DNA from: Chiloscyllium plagiosum
Taxonomy: Eukaryota
NCBI RefSeq assembly: GCF_004010195.1
Contig: NC_057718.1
Coordinates: 19,668,104-19,732,103 of the forward strand
Direction: 5' to 3'
DNA: 64,000 nt
In this document: piece after piece, positions 37,494-50,156 of the stretch
Numbering within the stretch: position 1 is the stretch's first letter
Layout of the letters: every line of letters begins with the position of its first letter
Position numbers and translations under genes: made by a program
Notes under the pieces: model-generated
Database searches by the model: none
What the model was told of the DNA's origin: nothing
What the model saw: the letters and a program-made list of their open reading frames with translations, nothing else

Positions 37494-37570
37494 TAAACTA
37501 ATTTTAAACAGGGTAGTCTCAAAATGAAACGAAGTTTTCTCCTCCAATCAAGTAAATAATAACTAATAAT

Positions 37571-37884
37571 GGGGTGGCACGGTGGCTCAGTGGTTAGCAC
37601 TGCTGCCTCAGCAACAGAGTCCTGGTTAGATTCTAGTCTTGGGTGTCTGTCCGTGTGGAGTTTGCACATTCTCCCCGTGTTTGCGTGGGTTTCCTCCGAG
37701 TGCTCCGGTTTCCTCCCACAGTCCAAAGATGTGCAGGTCAGGTAAATTGGCCATGCTAAATTGCCTATAGCGCTAGATGCATTCGTCAGAGGGAAGTGGG
37801 TCTGGGTGGGTTACTCTTCAGAGGGTTGGTGTGGACTGGTTGGGCTGAAGGGCCTGTTTCCACACTGTATGGAATCTAATCTAT
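37571..37884 (+). mobile_element. HE1-type SINE
   Basis: Head, core and aatctaatct tail. Confidence 0.88.
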
Positions 37885-38670
37885 AACTGCCTTCCTGTTT
37901 CATGGTAATAGCAAAATGGCATGCAGCTGTTACTAGGCAAAACATTTGTTACACCTTGCTCACAATGTCCTTTTGAAATTTCATTAAGTTACTTATCCAC
38001 TTGCAGAATTACTCTCTTATTAAATTTCTAAATTATTCACCTGCAGCTGGTTTAGGTCAATGACCTAGGTTTCTTCATTATAGGCTGAAATATTTGTCAT
38101 TAAACGTGCTGATAGATTCTTATTCACAGTATAAAACCGCATTTCACCACTATTCAATTTGGACAGCCAACTCCACTTTTCGAACTAAACTATTCTGATG
38201 AACAGAATTACTATTGGGATTTCTTCTACTTCTTGATGTTTTTGAATTGGCGGTTGCACAGCTGCTGACACTCACATTGGAAATGGCCGCATTGGTGAGA
38301 TATGAAGAGTGCCTAGTACTTGTGCAGCATTTATTCAACAAGGTTCAATAGCTGCAGGACAGAGAGGACAAAAACTGGCGAAAGAAAGCATCCTCCCATG
38401 TGCTGCTCCGAACTGCTTACTTTTGTGGCTTTAAAATAATGTTGAAACGGTTTCAGGGTAAAACTGTATGACATGGTGGGAGGGAAGATGAAAACTCAAA
38501 TTGTCAAAATCCCATACTTGTCCTAATCCATATAAATTGGTAAATGTGGAAAGCATGTACGCATGTTCGCTATGAAAATGTACAATGAGGCTACAACTTG
38601 CTTTTAATAACATTTTCCATAATGCTTTCAGTCCAAGTGTCATGTTTTAAATAAAATGTATTCAGAGTAT

Positions 38671-39242
38671 TAGTCATAGAGATATACAGCATGGAAACAG
38701 ACCCTTTGGTCCAACTCGTCTATACGGATCAGATATCCCAACCTAATCTAGTCCCATTTGCCAGCATTTGGTGCATATCCCACCAAACCCTTCCTATTCA
38801 TATATCCATTCAGGTGTCTTTTAAGTGTTGTAATTGCACCAGCCTTCACCACTTCCTCTAGCAATTCATTCCATACACGCACCACTCTGTGTGTGAAAAG
38901 GTTGCCCCTTATGTCCCTTTTAAATCTTTCCCCCCTCACCCTAAACCTATGCCCTCCAGTTCTGGACTCCCCCACCACAGGGAAAAGATCTTATCTAGTT
39001 ACCCTATCCATGTCCCTCATGATTTTATAAACTCCTATAAGGTCACCCCTCAGCCTCTGACACTCCAGGGAAAACAGCCTCTCGCTTTAGCTCAAATCCT
39101 CTAAGCCTGGCAACATCCTTGCACATCTTTTCTGAACCCTTTCGGATGGAGACCAGAATTACACGCAATATTCCAACAGTTGCCTAACCAATGTCCTCTA
39201 TAGCCGCAACTTGACCTCCCAACTCTGACCAATAAAGGAAAG
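38671..39242 (-). mobile_element. CR1 (HER1-like) LINE 3' end
   Basis: ORF 38748-38978 gives ESRTGGHRFRVRGERFKRDIRGNLFTHRVVRVWNEL. It is the same family as 50157-51668. Confidence 0.9.
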
Positions 39243-40182
39243 TACAGAAGTCCTTGTAAAGACTGAGTCTGCAAACATGCAGAATTTCTGAACAACAAGC
39301 ACTGTTACTAGTGTCCTGGAACATTAAATCTTGATAAAAGCACATTATGACTTTTCTCATAGCAACACACAGAGTATTGTTGCTCTCTCCAATTTAGAAG
39401 CCAAATTCTTAAGAATTCAACAGGGAAAAATGCAATTAGGATTTCTTCTACTTTTCATTGATGTTTTCGCATATTTGGCAAAATCATCAAATTCCAGCAG
39501 AAGGGGTAGAATGTCTTGGAAATGTATTGTTCAATGTATCAACCATAAAAAAAGGAAAATTTGCTATAAATAATTCAGAAAAAGGATCTCACCGTAACAT
39601 AAACTGTTTCAATTTTCTGAAGGGGTCGAGAGCGCTTTTTCACTTGTTGGCCCTGGGCTTTCTTGTGTGTCTTTTCTTGGGTAGGAAGCCTAGGTCAGGT
39701 GATAATGTCCCAGCCAATTTACATTGTTAAAGGCTAAGAGTACCAAGTTGGTCTTTTCCTGCTATCCATTTTAAAGTAGCCATCAGAGTCAGATGACCAC
39801 TAACTTCAGGTTACTCTTCTGTACTAAACTGTGTGCATACGAGCACCAACACAGCAGCATTCCACTCATTATAAAATGCAGGCCACACCTATGGTATCAT
39901 GTATGCTGGCTAATGTTCAGGTCATCAGCAAGAAGAAAGAAGCAGCGATAGGCAGATGCTTCCTTTGCAGGAAGTGGAGGGTGTGACCTACCTCAAACTG
40001 GCTAGGAACACATTGTCAGGAGGTTATTTCCTGCAGGTGTACACCCTTAGCTAGGGAATGGTGTATTGCCTACAGTACCAGAGAGCACCTAAATCTTGGG
40101 ATCAACTTATTTAAAATGGAAAATTTGTTACTTAAAGTATTACTTGGCAGTATGGTTTGTATGGTTTAATTATTATCAGCTC

Positions 40183-40510
40183 TGGCTTGCTTGAAAGTAC
40201 TTTTGTTTCTGAGTCAGAATATCATGGTTTCAAGTCAAATGCCAGAGATCTGGGCATGATAATCTGATGCTGAGGGAGTACTGAACTGTTAGAAGTGTTG
40301 TTTTTCAAAAGGGACAATACTTGCCAATAATTTAACATTAAATCAACATCCCAAAAAACAGATTACCTGGCCAATATTTATATGCACAGCCTGGGCAAAC
40401 TGGGTGCCAGGATTCCCAATTACAACAGAGCTACATTCTAAAATTACCTCATTGGCTGTGAAGCACTTTAAGATGTATTGAGGCTGTGAAAAACGTTACA
40501 CAAATTCAAT
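40183..40510 (+). mobile_element. Deu-domain SINE (SacSINE1-like), internally deleted
   Basis: tRNA-like head, a tgctgagggagtactgaactgttagaagtgttgtttttc core, and an L2-like tail (gtgaagcactttaagatgtattgagg). Confidence 0.6.
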
Positions 40511-40601
40511 AAAGTCTGAAAAAATGCAATAAATTTGTTAGATAGCCCACATGTCTAATCCAGGTACCAATATGAATTATGCTGACCCAAATTCTAACAA
40601 A

Positions 40602-41574
40602 GTACCAGGTTATAGTCCAACAGGTTCATTTGAAATCACAAGCTTTCGAAGCGCTGCCCCTTCATCAGGTGCAATGACAGAGAAGAGCAGTCACAGAATT
40701 TATAGGCAGAGAGATCAAAAGATCATACAACTGGTGTGAATGGAGTGTTGATCTTCCTTACTGTCCTGTTACCATTACCTTGATAAATTGTTGTAATCTC
40801 TCTACCTTAATTAATATGTACAATTTTGGATTACTTATTACTTTGGTTAGACTCTCTGCATGCAACTCTTATTCCTATCATGTTATTCCAGTCATTTAAC
40901 TTGTCTCCAGCACCACCTTATTTTTAAGTCTTGTAATTGGCTCTCTGCCTCATTTAATCAGATTGTAGGTCATCCCTTCACCTGTTATTCAGCTGCTGAC
41001 ACTTTATTCACGCCATCTGAATTCTGGGTCAACTGCAGAGATTTAACTGAGATTCCCTACAGTGTGGAAACAGGCCCTTCAGCCCAACCAGTCCACACCG
41101 ACCCTCTGAAGAGTAACCCACCCAGACCCATTTCCCTCTGACTAATGCACCTAACACTATGGGCTATTTAGCATAGTCAATTCACCTGATCTGCACATCT
41201 TTGTGACTGTGGGAGGAAACCAAAGCACCCAGAGGAAACCCACACAGACATGGGGAGAATGTGCAAACGTTACACACAGACAGTTGCCCAAGGCTGGAAT
41301 CGAACCTGGGACCCTGGTGCTGTGAGGTAGCAGTGCTAACTACTGAGCCACTGCGCCCTTACTGTTTGACACTCTACTCACACCAGTTGTATGATCTTTT
41401 GATCTCTCTGCCTATAAATTCTATGTCTGTGTTCTTCTCTCTCATTACACCTGACAAAGGGGCTGTGCTCCGAAAGCTTGAGATTTGAAATAAACCTGTT
41501 GGGACAATAATCTGGTATCATGTGACACCTGACTTTGTCCACCCAAGTCCAACACCAGTGCCTCTACATCATGG
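40602..41574 (+). mobile_element. Penelope-derived element with about 150-bp inverted pLTR segments, interrupted by HE1
   Basis: 40602-40750 is the inverse of about 41365-41518. There is an 8-bp TSD ctaacaaa (40594-40601 / 41575-41582), and hammerhead motifs at 40637-40671 (-) and about 41448-41480 (+). Confidence 0.75.
41049..41358 (-). mobile_element. HE1-type SINE
   Basis: Head, core and tail present. Confidence 0.88.
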
Positions 41575-41754
41575 CTAACAAATTACAGCTTACTGTTTAA
41601 AAGAGTAAGTGCCTGAGCCATTTAGGCTAGGTGTCCTCTAGATTTCAGTCCAAGTCAGCTGAGTTGGCTAATTTACCATTAACAACATAAATCCTGGGAT
41701 GATTGGAGCTAAATTCTTCAGTGTCAATGGTTTTCAAGCTTTTCACTATGGGAA

Positions 41755-42020
41755 GCCTGCTGCACATAACAGATATGTTCCTGATTTTAGTTGAAAGCTG
41801 AATGTTGGCTCAGTCATCCAAGAAACTCTGCTCTTCTTTAGTATCTCAGAATCTTTCACATGCCACAGAATTCAATGACTCTCACAAAAGACAGTACCTT
41901 TGAAATGTAACATTGGCTTAATGGTGACAATACCACATGAAGAGCTGAATGCTTGGAGAGAGGCTTGAACACAATATTATCTTGCTCAGAGGTAAGTGCT
42001 ACCACTGGACCAGACTGGCT
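41755..42020 (-). mobile_element. Degenerate Deu-domain SINE
   Basis: The minus strand has the head ggtccagtggtagcacttacctctgagcaaga...gttcaagcc and the core aaaggtactgtcttttgtgagag. Confidence 0.45.
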
Positions 42021-43524
42021 CTTCATAGCCAGGGAATCTCAGCAATGTCCTGCCTCAATGTCTATAAAATTGTGTCAAAGTAAAACAAGTATTACAGAAA
42101 ATGAGCTGCTACATTCTCCATGCTTGTGTGAACATGCTTTGTCTTGCTAACTGTGATGGTCAATACAATTAGAAATGATCCATCCAGTTCAAAACATTTA
42201 AGTGACTAAAATAGCTAATAAATAATATGCTGTCTCCTGCAAGTAAAAGTTGCATAGCTCTAAAGTGTGGCTACTTTATAATACTCTTGGTCCAATGAAG
42301 ATTGGTCAGGGAGAAATCAGAAGCCTTAATTTAGATCCCAAGAAAAGTCACTGGACTTGAAGCATTAAAATTGCTTCTCTCTCCATAGATGCTGCTAGAT
42401 CTTCTGAGTTTCTTCAGTACTTTCAGTTTTTATTTCAGATCTCCAGCTTTCCAGTATTTCACTTTCAAACATATGGGCCAAATTGGATTGTTAGGAGTAA
42501 CAACAAAAAAATTAGTAATGCTATTATTTAAGAGCTCAAACTACTTTCAACTTAATCTAGCATGAAAATAAGTTTTGAAACCAAAACGAGCTTGAAGTCA
42601 TGAATGAAATTATCATATTTTGGTAATTCTGACAGTGTACAGTCTAATGCAGTTGATTTTGCTGATATGCTTGAATGCTTGTGGAGCGTTCTTCAAGAAC
42701 TGACATTCATTCACTGGCACTTTCTTGAATCCAGAAGAGGTGCAAGAGGGATTGCTGACAGAATTTCTCAAGCACATTAAATTTATAGAAACACAGTGCA
42801 GGAGAATACTCTGTGCACTGTGACTAGTTGGCTTCTGGAGGTCTTTTTTGTCAAACACTCACCACTGTAGTTTGTGGAAAATTGAGTCAGCGCAACTGAT
42901 CAGGTATTGGATCTCCTCAGCAATGGTGACCTTTTGACTGAGCAGCCAAAGCACTCAACATATTGCAGTGCCTGCTTCTTATTCGATCATGGATCTAGGC
43001 ATCACTAGCTAATATATTTTCATGTCTGGACAGTGAGTGGCTTGGACGGGAGCTTGCAAACTCCCATGTATTTGGTGCCCCTGTCCTTCCAGATGGTAGC
43101 AGTTATAGGTGGAAGATTAAAGGAAATTGAAGGAGGAGGACTGTTTGACTGGTTACGTGCAGGTGGATATTTGAGTTTTGTTTTAGCAAACTGTAAGTGT
43201 CCTGTATGCGGGATTAAAGAGGTTGAGAGTGGTTTACAAATCAGTTGTAGATTGAGCAATAAAACTGCAGTCATCTGCAAACTGTCGAACATGTATATCT
43301 AGGTCGTCAGCTCAACTTTGGCACAGAGGCATCTGAGGTTAGTCCATCTAGGCACCATTTAATATTCTCACCAGAGAGCAGTTGATTTTTGATTAGGTGA
43401 ATAGCCTCTTGCAGGTAGGTTACATATCAGAGGGGGGCTATCACATGGTTTTGCTTGTGACTAATCTGGTTTTTGAAGGCAATGTGTCAAATCTTCTACT
43501 CAAGACAGTTGCGTTTGTATTTTA

Positions 43525-43790
43525 TAGAATCACTCCCTACAGTGTGGAAGCAGGCCATTCAGCCCACAGAGTCCACACCAAACCTACGACAAGCATTTCT
43601 CCCAAACCCAACCAATATTCTCCATGGCTAATCTGCCTAACCTGCACATCTTTCAACTGTGGGAGGAAACCAGTGCATCCGGAGGAAACCTGTCCAGACA
43701 CAGGAAGAGCACGCAAATTCCACACAGACAGTCGCCCGAGGGTGGTATTGAACCTTGGTCCCTGGTACTGACAAGCACCAGTGCTGCCCC
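43525..43790 (-). mobile_element. HE1-type SINE
   Basis: Core and tail present, with a partly decayed head. Confidence 0.82.
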
Positions 43791-45593
43791 TTAACTGTGG
43801 ACTTTTTAAATGCTAGGAACTGCTCTAACGAGCAGATAGAGTACAATATAATAAGCTATAAAATCTACAGAGATAGAAACTGATGACTGACATTAATCTG
43901 TTGACATAGGGAATGCAATTTTGTAACTTATGGTCAACATGGCCAAAACTGTAGCTTTGGAAAAGCATGGCCCACTACAACAATGTGACATTTCCATTTC
44001 CCACACCAGGCGTCTTTGTCGGTTATAAGTGGAATTGCCAATTTAATGTCAATTAGTGCTTAATTATGAGTAATATATGCCGTTAACTGCTACCCATTAG
44101 GAACTAGATAGAGACTGCCTAAACTAATTTCCCCAAGGAGACTTGAAGCCAGCAAATAAAAGAAATTTTAATCCACCAGTCTGGGCTGCACTCCAGACCC
44201 CAGGCTCCCAAACTGAAAAGACAATATGCTACCACACTGAGCTATACACTGTTCTTCTTTCTTTAATCCACTCTGCTGGCAGAGCTAGTAAAACATCCCC
44301 TACAAGATAATGGCAGTTTATCAACTTGCTGTTCAACTCGCAAATTAGTCATGAAAAAATGTAAATAAAAAGCCTCAAAGTTTTTTTTATTCCTGTAATA
44401 AAATTTTAACTAAACGAATCACTGATTAGTCATTGCCTGCAATTACTTTCACAAATGTGAATCTACTCCAGTAATGCAAGGAATCAAATTGCTGCTCCCA
44501 CATCATTACTGTGATTTTCAGCTTCTAAGTAATGATGAACAAATAATCAACAAAAAAAAACCAAAGCATCTTAGCAACTCATGTGAAGAATAATGCAGTT
44601 TTATTGAGAGATGAAGTACAGTTTTGAAAATGCTTCCCCATTTCAGTCCCTCTTAGTGCTGTACATTGTTCTCCAGAACTGGCAGACTGATGGCACTTAG
44701 AAGCCAAGTGACAGAAAATTGACACAGTTTGATTATTAATCCCTCTCACTCCCTGGCAGGAAGTATCTTGTTTTTATTTCACCTCTATGTCCCCAAAAGC
44801 CTGGCTTCTCAACATCTGGGAAAACATGAGTGCCAAAGCAAGTCTCACCACATCCCCAAGAAGCACACTTCTGCAACAGGCCTGTATCATCAGATGACCG
44901 AAAGCAAAGTTGGGCAGGGAAACATGTGAGGTACATAAAAACTACATTGATTTTGAAGGAAAAAATATCTAGTCTCTATAAATACAGAGAAGAAGAACAA
45001 TACATCTACTGTGGTCGCTACCGGAAGGCAATGTAAGAGAGTAAAGATGTTAAATTCAGATGTGATGTATTCAGATCAGAAGTACATTTTCCTTTCTTCT
45101 TGGAATGTAGTCAGTGAAGGCAAAACTGGTATTGTCCATCCATGCAACTGTGTCTATCCATGGAACTCATGTCACGTAGAGGCCAGACCAGATAAGGGGG
45201 GGGGGGGGGGGGGGGGGGGTAGTTTCCTTCCCAAAACAATATAAGTGCACCAATTGTATTTAATTTAATAATTGAATATCTTCACAGTCATGTTTGCTGA
45301 CAACTGCTTTTTTATTTAAGATTTTACGGTCAACTATCTGATGTACTTATTAACAACATACCATTCCATTATTCACTTTTGCTTTATAACATATGTACCA
45401 GCTTAGAAAACCACCAAAAGTTGTTTAATAAAGATGACAGTGTTCCGAAAAAGCACTGAATCAATAAAAGCAAATACTGCAGATGATGGATATCCAAAGA
45501 AAAACATGAAATTACTGGAAAATTCAGCAAATTTAGCAATATCTGCAGAGAAACAGAATTAATGTTTCAAAACCAGTAGATTTCTCCAAAAGT

Positions 45594-46420
45594 TTAGAAT
45601 CACAGAAGTGTTAAAGTGCAGATGGAGGCCATTCAGCACATCATGCCTGCATCAATTCGTTAAATGAGCATTATAACCTAGTGCCAATCTCCTGCTTTTC
45701 CCCCATACACCTGCACATTATTTTATCCAAATAATCATTCAATACCATCTTGAATGCTTCAATTGAGCTTGCCTCCAGTACACTTTGAGGTAGGGCAGTC
45801 AATATCCCAATTGCTTGCTGAGTGAAAATGATTTTCCTCACTTCATTCTTGCTTATTTTGAAGATCACTTTAAACCTATACCCTCTTGTTCTTTTCACAA
45901 GTAGGAACAATTAGATTAGATTACTTTACAGTGTGGAAACAGGCCCTTCGCCCAACACGTCCACACCGACCCGCCGAAGCGCAAACCACCCATACCCCTA
46001 CATTTACCCCTTACCTAACACTAGCATGGCCAATTCACCTGACCTGCACATCTTTGGACTGTGGGAGGAAACCAGAGCACCCTGAGTAAACCCACGCAGA
46101 CACGGGGAGAATGTGCAAACTCCACACAGTCAGTCGCCTGAGGCGGGAATTGAACCCGGGTCTCTGGCGCTGTGAGGCAGCAGCGCTAACCACTGTGCCA
46201 CCGTGCCGTATCTACTCTATACAGCCTGCTCATGACTTTGACAACCTCTATCGGATCTCTCCTTAGCCTTCCTCTCTCCATGGACAAGTCTCTCATCCCT
46301 AAAAACAGTCTTGTAAATTCACTGCTGCACTCCTTTGATGTGTTGATATTCTTCCTGTAATGGAGTGCCAAGAACTGTACAAAATACTCCAGCTGAGGTC
46401 TAGTATGTATCTTACACATT
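45594..46420 (-). mobile_element. CR1 3' end interrupted by HE1
   Basis: ORFs 46186-46419 (RPQLEYFVQF) and 45671-45910 (TRGYRFK...FTQQAIGIL). Confidence 0.82.
45911..46208 (-). mobile_element. HE1-type SINE, young subfamily
   Basis: CpG-rich and very similar to 61540-61860. Confidence 0.9.
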
Positions 46421-46736
46421 TTAGCAGTAGAAATATGATGGGTATTTTGTTAAAAAGGGGAAGAGTTTCAGTTAGAACAAATAAGTAGGTCAGGTAGAGG
46501 CCAGGAAAGATTAAATGGCAAAGATGTCATGGAACAAAGGCAAAGGGAATGGGAGTGGTTGTGGTAAAGAAATAAATAAAACACAATTTAAAATCCAGTG
46601 ATTGCAGTGATGAATCAAAGCACTGGTCAAGAGTAAGCATTAATGGCAGAATGAAAAACAGAATCAAAAAACAAAAGTCCAAACTGGTGCTGAGAAAAAA
46701 AGAATCAAAAGGGAGAACAGACTTCAGAGTTCATCT

Positions 46737-47120
46737 GGGTGAGATGGTGACGTAGTTGTAATGTCAGTGGACTAATAATCCAGAGGCTCTGTGGGCCTCT
46801 ACAGCAGCTGGTGGTGAAATTTAGATTTTATTAATAAATCTGGAATATAAAGCTAGTTCCAGTAATGGTGACTATGAAACTACCACTCATTGTTATAAAG
46901 ACACATCTGGTTCCACTAATGCCCTTTAGGAAAGGAAATGTGCTGCACTTACCTCGTCAGGCCTATGTGTGATTCCAGACATGGAGCTACGTGGCAGATT
47001 CTTAAACTGCCCTCTGTAATGTTCTAAAGACTGTTACTTAGTTCAAGTGTAATTAGGGACGGGCAACAATCAGTGGCCTCTCCAAAAATACCCACATCCC
47101 ATGAAAGAACAAAGAAAAAT
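46737..47120 (+). mobile_element. tRNA-headed SINE sharing both head/core and 3' tail with the LINE at 56875-61333
   Basis: Head ggtgacgtagttgtaatgtcagtggactaataatccagag, core ggaaatgtgctgcacttacctcgtcaggcctatgtgtgattccaga...aactgccctct, and tail aattagggacgggcaacaa...cccacatcccatgaaagaa. Confidence 0.75.
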
Positions 47121-47351
47121 ACTCCAATATTTCAGATGATTATATTCTTATGATAGATGGCTTTAAACTGCATAATCTGAAGATGAGCTGCTGTTCCTCA
47201 AGCCTGACTTTACTTCTAAACCTTGAATTTAAAGCATGTACAGCTTCATCCTTTTCATCAATGCAATCATCACTCAACGATTATCCTGGAACTTGTTCCT
47301 GAGAGACAACTGCATTTGAAACCTTTTTCAGAGATTGATATAACCCACTTG

Positions 47352-47634
47352 AGATTAGATTCCCTTCAGTGTGGAAACAGGTCCTTCGGCCCAACAAGTC
47401 CACACCGACCCTCCGAAGAGCAACCCACCCCCCTCTGACTACTGTACCTAACACTATGGGCAATTTAACGTGGCCAATTCACCTGACCTGCACATCTTTG
47501 GACTATGGGAGGAAACCGGAGCAACCGGAGGAAACCCATGCAGACACAGGGAGAATGTGCAAACTCCTCACAGACAGTTGCCTGAGGCTGGAATTGAACC
47601 TGGGACCCTAGTGCTGTAAGGCAGCAGTGCTAAC
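47352..47634 (-). mobile_element. HE1-type SINE (5' truncated)
   Basis: Core and tail present. Confidence 0.87.
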
Positions 47635-47767
47635 TCGATTGATACAGAAATCTCTGTCTCCTCTGTTCTGAATAGTTTTTAAAATTGAATTGTCTAAACA
47701 TGAAACTTTCTTAGAACATTGGGAAGATGTTGTATTAGTGACTTTGACATGAAGCATCACCATTTGT

Positions 47768-47932
47768 GAGCGGCATGGTTAGCACTGCTGCCTCACAATG
47801 CCAGAGACCCGGGTTCAATTCCCGTCCAAAAATGTGCAGGTTAGGTGAATTGGCCATTCTAAATTGCCCGTAGTGTTAGGTGAAGGGGGAAATGTAGGGG
47901 AATGGGTCTGGGTGGACTTGTTTCCACACTAA
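47768..47932 (+). mobile_element. Internally deleted HE1-type SINE
   Basis: The head is fused directly to the late core (ttcaattcccgtccaaaaatgtgcagg). Confidence 0.8.
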
Positions 47933-47939
47933 GTAAGAC

Positions 47940-48892
47940 TAGCTTTACAAGGGCACAATATACTCTGGGTGGGGGATTTTGAAGTCCACCACCAACAGTG
48001 GCTCAGCAGCAGCACTACAGATCTGGACGGGTCCTGAAGGACATAACTGCTAGACTGAGTCTGCGGCAGGTGGTGAGGGAACCAACAAGGGGGAAAAAAC
48101 ATACCTGATCTCAACTTTACCGATCTGCCAGCCGTAACTGCATCTGTCCATGACTGTATTGGTAAGAGTGACCACCACACAGTCATTGTGGAGACAAAGT
48201 CCTGCCTTCACATTGAGAATAACATCCATCACGTTGTGTGGCACTATCACTGTGCTAAATGAGACAGGCATTGAACAGATATAGCAACTCAAGACTTGGC
48301 ATCCATGAGGTGCTATAGGCCATCAACAACAGCAGAATTGCATTCCAGCATAACCTGCAACCTCATGGCCTAGCATATCCCCCACTCAACCATCAAGCTA
48401 GAGGATCAACCCTGGTTCAATGGGGAATGCAGGAGGACACGCCGAGAACAACACATGGCATACCTAAAGATGTGATGTCAACCTGGTGAAGCCACCAACC
48501 AGAACTACTTGTGTACCAAACAGCATAAGCAGCAAGTGATAGACAGAGCTAAGCGATTCCACAACCAACGGATCAGATCTAAGCTCTGCAGTCCTGCCAC
48601 ATCCAGTCATGAATGGTGGTGGACAATTAAATTACTCTCTGGAGGAGGAGGTTCCACAAACATCCCCATCCTCAATGATGGAAGAGCCCAGCATATCAGT
48701 GTAAAAGATAAGGCTGCAGCTTTCACAGCAACCTTTAGTCAGAAGTGCCGAAAGGATGATTCATCTTGGCCTCCTCTAGTGGTCCCCAGCATCACAGATA
48801 CTAGATTTCAGCCAGTTTGATTCACTCCGTGTTATATGAAGAAACAGTTGCAGACACTGGATACTGCCAAAGTTACGGGCCCTGACAACGTC
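47940..48892 (+). mobile_element. Internal fragment (APE to linker) of the CR1-group family of 56875-61333
   Basis: Aligns by eye with 57605-58475 (WVGDFEVHHQQWLSSSTTD; KQQVIDRAKRFHNQRIRSKLCSPATSSHEWWW). Confidence 0.85.
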
Positions 48893-50156
48893 AAGGTGTG
48901 GTCACTGAATGAGTAATCTAGTATCAAATGGACATATTGAACTCTCTTCTGTTGAACTGTCAGGTTCAGAGACTCCTTTGAACTAAATGAGTGTTGGTTT
49001 ATCCCAGCTGGTAATATTTTCAATTCTGAGTCAGAAGATTTGAATTTAAACCACTCTTCAACATTTCAGATGATTATATTCTTGTTGTTTGCAGAGAATA
49101 GGCAAAGTAAATCAATTCACACTGCTGTTCTGCAGTGGTTTGTTAACAGCTACACTAACAACCAATTTAATAATCAGTCAAGCTTGTAACGTGACTCATT
49201 TATGTTTGCTAGGAGGGCTAGATATTCATACACCAGGACATATTCTCTTGAAGAAAAGACCAATTCTCTGCAAGAAAGTTCAAGCCCTGAAGCACTTTTG
49301 AATTATTTGGGAACTTAGAGGACGTACAGATCCCCTTCGCTTTTTCTACTGCAATGCATCAGCATTGACTTGCCAACCAGATGTCTCCTGTAGAAGAGTA
49401 CAGACATCTGAGAGGTTGGAGGGGCTAAAAGATATTATATGGAAAGGTTAGGGTGAGAACCTAGAGAGATTTGAAAATAACGATGAGGATTTTAAGATCA
49501 ACACACTGGTTAGTTGAGAACAAATGTTCATCAGTTGTCGAAGGATGAAGTGAATTTGGTACACTATAGACAAAATCTCAAAACATTTGACAGACACTAT
49601 CTGACAAAAGCTAAACTCAATCTATTTCAACTTATTGGCTCAAGGATGAAATGGTTATACAGTCAGAACGGAGCTTGTGGCAAACAAACGTGTTGCAGGC
49701 TGAATGTGCCCTACAAGTTACAGTCCCGTTAAACTACATCTTGCTCATTTCAGTGAATATCTTAGTCATGAGTAAAGTAGATTGCCTATGCAGAGTATCA
49801 ACTCCAAATTCCCTTTTCAGGGCTGGACAGTCTGCAAAGTAATGAATCAATTTTATTGTGCAGAACACTGGGAATATATTCCTCAAGATTGCTTAACACT
49901 GAGTTATAAAATGGGTAGAATATAATCACAGCCACTGATTGTTAATTCACAGAAATTATAGCCCAAGAAATTGTTTAGGTAAATTGAAGTAGTTGGACAG
50001 TCACTGTACATAAAGGTTTGAGAGATTGTCATGGGATAGCACGCCATGCCAATGTGCCCTAAAACATGGGTTAAGGTATGACAGGGAAGGGTGTCATATC
50101 ACAATGTACTGGTACAACTTTAGAGAAATTTGATCTCACGATACTCCCTCATCCAT

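Larger units (their letters stand above)
45465..47220 (-). mobile_element. Old Penelope 3' region split by CR1, HE1 and SINE insertions
   Basis: pLTR at 45465-45590, purine-rich UTR at 46425-46730, and a GIY-YIG end (RLEEQQLIFRL) at about 47160-47210. Confidence 0.55.

Noticed and set aside
45196..45219. Poly-G run (also 35287-35300) as a G-quadruplex element
   Set aside because: These are simple homopolymers within repeat remnants with no functional context, and their length is unreliable in assemblies.
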